A DNA stretch of 35,161 nucleotides from a bacterium (GCA_030649775.1 JAUSFR010000013.1:1-35161), one strand, 5' to 3'. Numbered from the stretch's first letter, positions 1 to 7,268 are shown. Program-made: numbers and translations. Notes: generated by a model from the letters alone, not told the origin.

Positions 1-123
1 AAGAGAAGTGGCGCTTTCTGGTTCTTGGGTACCACTCTGCTTATCATATTGTCCCTCGTTGGGTATGTTGCTATGCTTCGTCCAAAAGGGGAGATGAGCA
101 AGGCGGATGAATTACGAATTGAA
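1..123 (+). CDS. 3' end of a probable membrane protein (partial)
   Basis: Frame 1 is open to TGA at 121-123 and reads KRSGAFWFLGTTLLIILSLVGYVAMLRPK..., resembling a TM helix. Frame choice is uncertain. Confidence 0.35.
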
Positions 124-134
124 GCGGAGAAGTT

Positions 135-143
135 TGATATAAT
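135..143 (+). promoter_or_regulatory. extended -10 promoter (TGaTATAAT)
   Basis: TG-n-TATAAT consensus about 120 nt upstream of ATG 264. Confidence 0.5.
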
Positions 144-152
144 TGAATAAAA

Positions 153-256
153 CCAATCTGCGAATGTATACCAACCTGCTCATACCTGCGAATAAGATAC
201 AGCGTAGGTAAATTAGTAGGTATTCGTAGATTGGAATGAATTAGTATTATTGGTAT
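153..256. repeat. imperfect inverted repeat built from about 9-nt ATT(C/A/G)GTA units
   Basis: 171-193 matches the reverse complement of 212-234 at 17/23 positions; the right arm shares 12-14 nt exact words with the reverse complement of 24091-24127. Confidence 0.6.
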
Positions 257-263
257 CTGTACT

Positions 264-1436
264 ATGAAGATTTTGATTTTTAGCACTGCCTATCTTCCGT
301 TCGTGGGAGGCGCGGAACTTGCGATTAAAGAAATTACCGACCGTTTGCCTGATATTTCTTTTACGCTCATCACCGCGCGCTTTTCGCGTGGCGTACCCGC
401 TCGTGAACGGATAGGGAATGTGGAGGTCTACCGCGTCGGGTTTGGAACTCGGTTTGATAAATGGTTCTTGCCGTGGCTCGGGCTCCGCAAAGCAAAACAG
501 CTTGAAAGCACTGCACACTTTGATGTGCTCTGGTCTATGATGGCGAGTCAAGCGAGCCTTTCGGCTACGTGGTTTAAGGAATTACACCAGGGCAAGAAAC
601 TCGTACTTACGCTCCAAGAAGGAGATGAAGAAGCGCACCTCAAACGGTATGTGCTGGGCAATGAATTTTTGTATGAGCTTTTCATCCGTTCGTGGCACGT
701 CGCGGTCTTCAAGCAGGCAAATGTGATTACCGCTATCAGTAACTACTTGGCCGACCGCGCGCGCAGAAACAGTTCGGCGGAAGTGGAAGTGATACCCAAC
801 GGAGTTACCGTTGGGAAATTCCAAATTCCAAATTCCAAATCCCAAACAAATTCAAAATCACAAAATACCGAAGTAAGGCAAAGGCTCGGGATAAAACCCG
901 AGGACAAGGTTGTTATTACCACATCGAGATTGGTGGAGAAGAATGGGGTAGGGGATTTAATTGAGGCAATGCAGTATCTACCGGAGTATGTAAAACTGCT
1001 CATTTGTGGCACGGGACATCTGGACCGGGACTATAAGCTAAAAGCTAAAAGCTATCAGCTAGAAGGTCGTATTCGGTTTCTTGGACACGTTCCGAACGAA
1101 CAGCTTCCCGACTATCTTCAGAGTGCCGACATATTCTGCCGACCGTCACTCTCCGAGGGCTTGGGGATTTCATTTCTTGAAGCGATGGCTGCGGGAGTGC
1201 CGGTAGTCGCTACTCCGGTGGGCGGTATTCCCGACTTTTTAAGCGACGGGGGAACAGGACTCTTTTGCGAAGTGAACAATCCCAAAAGCATTGCCGAAAA
1301 GGTACAAACGCTTTTGTCGGATAGTGACCTACGCACCCGTATTGCGACAAATGCGCTTGCAATGGTTCAGGAGAAATATGGATGGGAGGGAATCGCGGAG
1401 AAGATGAAGTCGGTGTTTGTTGACAAAGTAGACTAG
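264..1436 (+). CDS. glycosyltransferase family 4 (GT-B)
   Basis: GGAE, IPNGV, SRLVEKNG and EGLGISFLEAMAAGVPVV motifs. Confidence 0.95.
   Translation: MKILIFSTAYLPFVGGAELAIKEITDRLPDISFTLITARFSRGVPARERIGNVEVYRVGFGTRFDKWFLPWLGLRKAKQLESTAHFDVLWSMMASQASLSATWFKELHQGKKLVLTLQEGDEEAHLKRYVLGNEFLYELFIRSWHVAVFKQANVITAISNYLADRARRNSSAEVEVIPNGVTVGKFQIPNSKSQTNSKSQNTEVRQRLGIKPEDKVVITTSRLVEKNGVGDLIEAMQYLPEYVKLLICGTGHLDRDYKLKAKSYQLEGRIRFLGHVPNEQLPDYLQSADIFCRPSLSEGLGISFLEAMAAGVPVVATPVGGIPDFLSDGGTGLFCEVNNPKSIAEKVQTLLSDSDLRTRIATNALAMVQEKYGWEGIAEKMKSVFVDKVD
816..868 (+). repeat. in-frame heptamer array (AAATTCC)3-AAATCCC-AAAC-AAATTCA-AAATCAC
   Basis: Directly visible; encodes KFQIPNSKSQTNSKSQN. Confidence 0.9.
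1031..1065 (+). repeat. in-frame degenerate heptamer array CTAnnAG x5
   Basis: CTATAAG CTAAAAG CTAAAAG CTATCAG CTAGAAG. Confidence 0.85.
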
Positions 1437-1447
1437 TGGTATAGCAT
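1420..1447 (+). promoter_or_regulatory. sigma70-type promoter for the leader/proB unit
   Basis: TTGACA (1420-1425), 16 nt spacer, TAGCAT (1442-1447); predicted +1 is about the A of ATG 1454. Confidence 0.6.
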
Positions 1448-1453
1448 AGACGT

Positions 1454-1504
1454 ATGCAGAAGTTTCAGACCGTAAACGTTGTCCCGCCGCAAACCGCCCT
1501 CTAA
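1454..1504 (+). CDS. putative proB leader peptide MQKFQTVNVVPPQTAL
   Basis: Short ORF directly after the promoter; tandem CCG CCG Pro codons at 1484-1489; its stop overlaps the antiterminator strand. Confidence 0.6.
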   Translation: MQKFQTVNVVPPQTAL

Positions 1505-1572
1505 TCGGGTTGGTCCTTTCTTCGTACTTTATACTTAGAAAACCGCCCCGATTATGGGGGCGGTTTTATTTT
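1491..1572 (+). promoter_or_regulatory. putative transcription attenuator (1:2, 2:3 and 3:4 alternative hairpins)
   Basis: 1493-1499 pairs with 1507-1514; TAATCGGG 1502-1509 is the exact complement of CCCGATTA 1547-1554; terminator at 1539-1572. Confidence 0.65.
1539..1572 (+). terminator. intrinsic terminator (attenuator 3:4 hairpin)
   Basis: AAAACCGCCCC-loop-GGGGCGGTTTT followed by ATTTT. Confidence 0.85.
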
Positions 1573-1708
1573 GCGCAACAAATAAAAAATGAAAGAGATG
1601 CCTGTTGTTTTGATGTCGGCGTATCACGAAAGAGTGTGGTAACCCGACTTCAGGACGAGTGTCTTGTAGAAATTGTTCTTTCTTCGGCTCTTTTACAACT
1701 AGCTACCT

Positions 1709-2473
1709 ATGACTACAGAGCAAATTATTGTTATCAAAGTCGGCACCGATGTTCTTAAAAACATCCTTGCATTCAGCATCATTGCACGGCAAATTGCCGA
1801 GCTTAAGAAAATGGGCTACGGTGTCATTCTTGTTTCTTCGGGGGGCGTGACCTCGGGGAGCGACTGTCTCGCCTTTCTTGGAGGAAACCCGGAAGATTAC
1901 CACAAGTGCATTCTTGCAAGTATCGGCGCTTCGTCGCTTCTTGAACACTGGGGGAAAGCACTGATGCTTGACCGTCTCGTTCCGGCGCAGTGCTACTTCA
2001 CCTACGGGAACCTGCGTTTCAAAGGTGAAAAAGAAAGCATTCGTTCTCGTCTGCGTCTGCTCGCCTTTGACCCGTATGCCGTGCCTCTGGTGAATGAAAA
2101 TGACATTGTGTCCGGTGTGGAAATTGAGAAGATGAAAAAAGGACTCGGCGACAATGACCGCCTCGCGCGCATCATCGCCTGTCTTGTGCAGGCACATCAC
2201 GTTCTTTTCGTGACAGAGAAGGGCGCCGTCTATACCGACAATCCCGACAAAAACAAAGAAGCTAAGCGTATCTCACGAATTGACGCAAAGAAGGGATTTC
2301 GCTTGCCTGGGCAGACATCGGGTCCATCAAAAAATGGGAGTGGGGGAATGCAGTCAAAAATCAATCAAGCCGCGATATGCGCCCGAAAAGGGATGCATGC
2401 CGGCATTATCGGCCTGCACAACCCGCTTTCTTTTATGAAGGGGGAAGATGTCGGTACACTGGTGAGTGTATAG
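1709..2473 (+). CDS. proB: glutamate 5-kinase (no C-terminal PUA domain)
   Basis: IVIKVGT, LVSSGG, PLVNENDIV, GDNDRLA, VYTDNP and GSGGMQSK motifs of the amino-acid kinase/G5K family. Confidence 0.9.
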   Translation: MTTEQIIVIKVGTDVLKNILAFSIIARQIAELKKMGYGVILVSSGGVTSGSDCLAFLGGNPEDYHKCILASIGASSLLEHWGKALMLDRLVPAQCYFTYGNLRFKGEKESIRSRLRLLAFDPYAVPLVNENDIVSGVEIEKMKKGLGDNDRLARIIACLVQAHHVLFVTEKGAVYTDNPDKNKEAKRISRIDAKKGFRLPGQTSGPSKNGSGGMQSKINQAAICARKGMHAGIIGLHNPLSFMKGEDVGTLVSV

Positions 2474-2489
2474 GGTCGTATGTGTGCAA

Positions 2490-2522
2490 AAGGGCTGTCC
2501 TAACGGATAGCCCTTATTTTTT
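2490..2522 (+). terminator. intrinsic terminator after proB
   Basis: AAGGGCTGTCC-TAAC-GGATAGCCCTT followed by ATTTTTT. Confidence 0.8.
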
Positions 2523-2538
2523 GTTGTATGATTACCGT

Positions 2539-3588
2539 ATGAAAATCCTTATAGCGACAGGCATCTACCCTCCCGATATTGGAGGCCCGGCGCAATACGC
2601 CCGTGGGGTAGAGGAGGCATGGAAAAAAGAGGGGCACCAGGTAAAGGTGCTCGCGTTTTCCGCCGTTTGTCGGACAGGAGTTTTGAACTGGAAACTCCCG
2701 ACGGGTATTCGTCACCTCTACTACTTTTTGCGAGTACTCTGCTCGCTCCCCGGCACTGACTTTGTGTTTTCTCCCGACACCTTCAGTGCGGCGTTTCCCG
2801 CGCTTCTTGCCTGCAAACTGTTCAGAAAGAAACTTATCATCCGAACCGGAGGCGACTTCCTGTGGGAGCAGTATGTGGAGCGGACAGGAGACTTGGTATT
2901 GCTCAAAGATTTTTATGTTACGCACGTCAAACGGTTCAATCGGAAAGAGAAAATTATTTTCTCGCTTCTTCGGTTTCTGTTTCGGCACGTGGCCGCCACT
3001 ATTTTTAGCACCGCGTGGCAACGGGACATTTTTGAAAAGCCCTACGGCCTGAATCTCAAGAAGTGCTTTATTGTGGAGAACCAATATGGTCAGCAAACAC
3101 CACATCTAGAACATACTGACAAACTTAAGAATGTTGGTATGTCCAAGGTGTTTGTGGGGGGAACGAGAGAACTCCGATGGAAGAATCTCGCGCGTGTGCA
3201 GGAAGCGTTTGCAAAGGTGCAGAAAAAGGGACTGCCGGTTTCGCTAGTGCTCCAGACAGGAAGTCACGGGAAGTTTTTGATGGATATTGAGGAAAGTTAT
3301 GCGGTCATTCTTGCTTCGCTTGGCGATATTTCCCCCAACACCATTCTTGACGCTATTGCCCTCGGCAAGCCGTTCATTCTCACCCGCGAGACGGGCCTCT
3401 ATGACAAGCTGAAAGATATTGGCGTCTGGGTCAATCCCGAAGATGTAAGTGACATCGCGGAGAAAATTGAGTGGCTGTCGGACGCCCGTAATTACGAGGC
3501 ACAGTACGCAAAAATCCAGGCATATAGCTTTACTCACAGCTACGAGCAAATTAGTAACGAAATCATGAATATATATGCGCGTACTTAA
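2539..3588 (+). CDS. glycosyltransferase family 4
   Basis: MKILIATGIYPPDIGGPA N-terminus and DISPNTILDAIALGKP; start moved to ATG 2539, 6 nt after TATGAT. Confidence 0.9.
   Translation: MKILIATGIYPPDIGGPAQYARGVEEAWKKEGHQVKVLAFSAVCRTGVLNWKLPTGIRHLYYFLRVLCSLPGTDFVFSPDTFSAAFPALLACKLFRKKLIIRTGGDFLWEQYVERTGDLVLLKDFYVTHVKRFNRKEKIIFSLLRFLFRHVAATIFSTAWQRDIFEKPYGLNLKKCFIVENQYGQQTPHLEHTDKLKNVGMSKVFVGGTRELRWKNLARVQEAFAKVQKKGLPVSLVLQTGSHGKFLMDIEESYAVILASLGDISPNTILDAIALGKPFILTRETGLYDKLKDIGVWVNPEDVSDIAEKIEWLSDARNYEAQYAKIQAYSFTHSYEQISNEIMNIYART
3111..3142. repeat. in-frame 32-nt palindrome
   Basis: ACATACTGACAAACTTAAGAATGTTGGTATGT; 12 Watson-Crick and 2 G-T pairs out of 16. Confidence 0.75.
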
Positions 3589-4654
3589 TCTAAGTTTGGA
3601 TAGAAGTGCTTTAGAGGCTGGCTCTGCCGTGCAGACACGGCTTTTGGCGCTCTCGGAGAAAGTCGGGGAGATGACCGTACTTGTACCAGCAGGGAAGGGT
3701 GAGGTACAAAAGCCTTCGGAACACCTTACCGTGTATGCGGTTGAGGGAAATAAACTTCTCCAATTTTTCAAACTCTGGAGTAGGGGAATGCGAATGCTGT
3801 CGCAGAGAAAGTATGACCTCATTACGGTACAGGATGCCTATTTTGTCGGCTTCCTTGCCGTACAACTTGGGAAAAAATTTTCCGTGCCGGTTGAGGTGCA
3901 AGTGCATGGATTAGAGAAGTTTTCTTCTCTGCGAGAGCGAATTGCCGGATTCGTACTAAATCGCGCAACAAGAATTCGTGTAGTTAGTCGACGGTTAGGA
4001 AAACTTCTTGATTCAAGATTCAAGATTCAAGATTCAAGAATCTATCTCTTGCCGGTGTATACGCAGGTGGATATTCCTGAAAAACTTGGAAAGCGAAAGA
4101 CCGTTCCGTATCCATTTACTTTTTTGACCGTCGGACGATTGGTACCGGTGAAGAATATCGGATTGCAAATTCGGGCGTTTGCAAAGCTTGCCAAAAAGAT
4201 ACCGCATATAAAGTTACGGATTGTGGGAGATGGAGAGGAAATGGAAAGACTAAAGTCCGAAGCTCGAAGCTCTAAGTTCGAAGATAAGATAGTTTTTGAA
4301 GGGGAGCAGAAAGAGGTGGGAAAATATTATGAAGAGGCGGACGCATTTTTGCTCACCTCCGATTATGAAGGGTGGGGGAGGGTGGTGCTTGAGGCCTCGG
4401 CGTACAAATTGCCGATTATCATGACCAACGTGGGACTTGCTCTGGAGGTCATAAAAAACGAGGAGAGTGGACTTATCATTCCCGTTGGTGATGAACAGGA
4501 GCTTGTTCGCGCTATGCAGGATTTACTGGATAAACCGGAGCTTCGCGCGAAGCTCGGCGAGGGTGCTTATAGGGCTTTCTGTAAGCTCCCCAGTAAGGAG
4601 GATCAGATAGAGAAACAAGTTACCGAGTGGCAGGTACTCATAGACAGAAAATAG
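3575..4654 (+). CDS. glycosyltransferase family 4
   Basis: VGRLVPVKN, VGDG and EGWGRVVLEA motifs. Confidence 0.95.
   Translation: MRVLNLSLDRSALEAGSAVQTRLLALSEKVGEMTVLVPAGKGEVQKPSEHLTVYAVEGNKLLQFFKLWSRGMRMLSQRKYDLITVQDAYFVGFLAVQLGKKFSVPVEVQVHGLEKFSSLRERIAGFVLNRATRIRVVSRRLGKLLDSRFKIQDSRIYLLPVYTQVDIPEKLGKRKTVPYPFTFLTVGRLVPVKNIGLQIRAFAKLAKKIPHIKLRIVGDGEEMERLKSEARSSKFEDKIVFEGEQKEVGKYYEEADAFLLTSDYEGWGRVVLEASAYKLPIIMTNVGLALEVIKNEESGLIIPVGDEQELVRAMQDLLDKPELRAKLGEGAYRAFCKLPSKEDQIEKQVTEWQVLIDRK
4010..4044 (+). repeat. in-frame perfect heptamer repeat (GATTCAA)4 plus GAATCTA
   Basis: Directly visible; encodes DSRFKIQDSRI. Confidence 0.95.
4253..4283 (+). repeat. in-frame degenerate heptamer array AAGyyyk x4
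   Basis: AAGTCCG AAGCTCG AAGCTCT AAGTTCG AAG. Confidence 0.8.
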
Positions 4655-4677
4655 ATACGATCGTATCTATTTTCTGT
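4644..4677. repeat. perfect 34-bp spacer-free palindrome overlapping the GT stop codon
   Basis: ACAGAAAATAGATACGA|TCGTATCTATTTTCTGT. Confidence 0.95.
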
Positions 4678-4689
4678 AAGTGTCATTTA

Positions 4690-4719
4690 AGCAATAGTAC
4701 ACACGTGTCCACTATTGCT
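4690..4719. repeat. 30-bp near-perfect palindrome
   Basis: AGCAATAGT-AC-ACACGTGT-CC-ACTATTGCT. Confidence 0.85.
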
Positions 4720-4795
4720 AGGTGAGAGAGGGTGGGGGCAGGACAACAAATGACGCGGTGGAGTAGTTTAAGGTAGAATGGTCCCACATACCCAC

Positions 4796-5758
4796 ATGAC
4801 AAAAATTTCCCAAAAAATAAAATCCTCCGCCACCACTCCCACCACCCCGACTCGCGGACTCGGCACCCCTCCTCAGGCAGGAGGGGAGAAGAGAAAACCT
4901 CTTATTGGGTTCATTGGACAGGGATTTATCGGCAAGAACTATGCCGATGATTTTGAGCACCGCGGATTTGAGGTCGTGCGGTACGCGATGGAGGAGCCGT
5001 ACCGACAGAACAAAGAAAAAATAAAAGAGTGTGATATCGTCTTCATTGCCGTGCCGACACCGACGACACCAAAAGGTTTTAACTTTGGCATCGTACAAAG
5101 CGTGCTTTCGCTTGTGGGGAAGGGGAAAACGGCGGTGGTTAAATCAACGCTCCTTCCCGGGACAACGGAGAAGCTTCAGGAGAAGCACCGCGATATGTTC
5201 GTGTTTCATTCGCCGGAATTTTTGCGGGAGCGAAGCGCCGCGCACGACGCGGCGCATCCGAGTCGCAACATTATCGGCATTCCCGCGGACAATCAAAAGA
5301 CGCGCGAGGCGGCAAAGCGAGTACTTGAGGTGTTACCGAGCGCTCCGTTTTCTCGAGTGATGAGTTCGCGAGAAGCGGAGATGGTGAAGTACGGGGGCAA
5401 TAATTTCTTCTATGTTAAGGTGGTCTACATCAATATGCTCTACGACCTTGCGGAAAAGCTCGGGTGCAACTTCGAGGCAATCAAAGACGCGCTTGTCGCC
5501 GACCCGCGCATCGGAGATTCACATATGGACCCCGTGCATAAGAGCGGACACTCCGAGAAATCGGGGAGAGGGGCGGGCGGACACTGCTTCATCAAGGATT
5601 TTGCCGCATTCGCGTCTTTTTACGAAAGCCTTTTGAGCGACCCTGCCAGCAAGAAGGTGCTCCACGCGCTTCAGGATAAAAACAATGAGCTTCTAAGGAA
5701 CAGCGGAAAAGATATAGATTTGCTTAGCGAAGTGTACGGACAGGAAGTCAAGAAGTAG
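4796..5758 (+). CDS. ugd: UDP-glucose/GDP-mannose dehydrogenase family protein, short form
   Basis: GFIGQGFIG, FIAVPTP, KSTLLPGTT, SPEFLRE, AEMVKY, DPRIG and GGHCFIKD motifs; start at 4796 or 4778. Confidence 0.85.
   Translation: MTKISQKIKSSATTPTTPTRGLGTPPQAGGEKRKPLIGFIGQGFIGKNYADDFEHRGFEVVRYAMEEPYRQNKEKIKECDIVFIAVPTPTTPKGFNFGIVQSVLSLVGKGKTAVVKSTLLPGTTEKLQEKHRDMFVFHSPEFLRERSAAHDAAHPSRNIIGIPADNQKTREAAKRVLEVLPSAPFSRVMSSREAEMVKYGGNNFFYVKVVYINMLYDLAEKLGCNFEAIKDALVADPRIGDSHMDPVHKSGHSEKSGRGAGGHCFIKDFAAFASFYESLLSDPASKKVLHALQDKNNELLRNSGKDIDLLSEVYGQEVKK
4841..4887 (+). repeat. in-frame double-hairpin element in the N-terminal extension
   Basis: ACCACCCCGA..TCGG-CA-CCCCTCCT-CAGGC-AGGAGGGG-A; perfect 8-bp stem at 4866-4886. 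Confidence 0.65.
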
Positions 5759-5763
5759 CTACG

Positions 5764-6261
5764 ATGATTCATTTATTCCGCAAAGGTGAGGAGGTATGCA
5801 TGGGTATCGCACAGCGGTTCTTTCCGTGGTGCGCTCCGCATATGCGCCGATACCAACGACTGCTTCGCTACCTTGTGTCGGGTGGTATCGCAGCAGCCGT
5901 GGACCTCGGACTTCTGTATGTGTTCACCGATTTTTTCCTGATTCACTATCTCACTTCCGCCATTTTCGCCTTTCTCATTACGTTCTTTATAAGCTTTACG
6001 CTCCAAAAGTTCTGGACCTTTCAGGACAGCACCACGGACAGAGTGCACGTGCAGGCCACGATATATTTTCTGGTGGCGCTCATAAATCTCGTCATCAATA
6101 CCGCGCTTATGTATCTCTTTGTGGACATTATCGGGATATGGTATATGGCGGCGCAATTTCTTGCTTCAGGACTTCTTGCGTTTGAGAGTTTTTTTATTTC
6201 TCGTTATGTCATCTTTAAAGGGGGAGGTGGCCACTCCCCATCCGCCGAAAACAACCTATGA
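5764..6261 (+). CDS. GtrA family flippase-like membrane protein
   Basis: RYLVSGGIAAAVD and SFTLQKFWTF motifs; four TM segments. Confidence 0.9.
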   Translation: MIHLFRKGEEVCMGIAQRFFPWCAPHMRRYQRLLRYLVSGGIAAAVDLGLLYVFTDFFLIHYLTSAIFAFLITFFISFTLQKFWTFQDSTTDRVHVQATIYFLVALINLVINTALMYLFVDIIGIWYMAAQFLASGLLAFESFFISRYVIFKGGGGHSPSAENNL

Positions 6262-7256
6262 AGCTTTTGATTGTCACGCAAAAAGTGGACGCGACCGACC
6301 GCAACCTCGGTTTCTTTATCGGGTGGATGAGAAAATTCTCCGAGCACGCGGAGATTGTGGTTATCGCGAATGAAGTCGGAGTGCATGACTCATTTCCCCG
6401 CGTTGAGGTGCTCTCGCTCGGAAAAGAGCATGGTGCTTCGCGCCTCGCGCGTTTCTTTCGGTATCAAAGATTGCTCTTCCGCATACTCCCTACGGTAGAC
6501 GGGGTATTCTTTCATATGTGTCCCGAGTATGTGCTTGGCGCGCATCTTCTGCCCGCGCTCTACGGAAAGAAAAGCCTTTTGTGGTACGTGCACAAGGAGG
6601 TGTCCGTGCGTCTCCGGTTTGCGTCCTTTTTCGTGAGCAAGATTTTTACCGCCTCCAAAGAAAGCTGTCGTCTGGGGGGCGACAAGATTGAGGTTGTTGG
6701 ACACGGCATTGATACGGACTTGTTCACGCCCGAGACGATACCGAGGGACAAACCACGGCTCGTCACCGTGGGGCGGATTGCGCCGGTAAAGGACCTCACG
6801 ACCATTATTCTGGGGTTTGTGGAGCTACTGAAGAAGTTCCCCGAAGCGGAGCTGTCCGTCATCGGAGAACCCATTACCGATGTCGACCGAGCGTATCAGA
6901 GCACGCTTGCCGGTCTATCTCCCAAGGTACGTTTTGGCAGTCTCCCGTATGGAGATGTTTTTACTTCTCATGCACATAACATTTTTGTACACGCAAGCCG
7001 TACGGGTAGTCTGGATAAGGCGGTGCTGGAGACACTTTCCGCGGGTCTCCCTGTGTTCACCTCGAGCGAGGCGTTCGGTGCTGGTCTTCCCGGAATAACG
7101 AAGTTCGCGGAAGGCGACCCGATAGACCTCGCTCAAAAAATCGCCGGTGCTTTTTTGCGGGGAGAAATCGTCTCTTCCGAAAAAGCGCGAGAATTTGTTC
7201 ACACGAACCATAGCTTAACGAAACTTATTCAGCGTATTATTTCTTTCTACGGGTAA
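6258..7256 (+). CDS. glycosyltransferase family 4
   Basis: GHGIDTD, VGRIAPVK and GSLDKAVLETLSAG motifs. Confidence 0.9.
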   Translation: MKLLIVTQKVDATDRNLGFFIGWMRKFSEHAEIVVIANEVGVHDSFPRVEVLSLGKEHGASRLARFFRYQRLLFRILPTVDGVFFHMCPEYVLGAHLLPALYGKKSLLWYVHKEVSVRLRFASFFVSKIFTASKESCRLGGDKIEVVGHGIDTDLFTPETIPRDKPRLVTVGRIAPVKDLTTIILGFVELLKKFPEAELSVIGEPITDVDRAYQSTLAGLSPKVRFGSLPYGDVFTSHAHNIFVHASRTGSLDKAVLETLSAGLPVFTSSEAFGAGLPGITKFAEGDPIDLAQKIAGAFLRGEIVSSEKAREFVHTNHSLTKLIQRIISFYG

Positions 7257-7268
7257 AGTACCGTCACT

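Noticed and set aside
2659-2678. TCCGCCGTTTGTCGGACAGG, possibly a decayed palindromic insert (SAVCRTG) in a GT4
   Set aside because: The stem is too weak to support without a homologue alignment.
6221-6239. GGGGAG-G-TGGCCA-CTCCCC hairpin in the GtrA C-terminal tail
   Set aside because: Short and single; could be chance or a minor mRNA structure.
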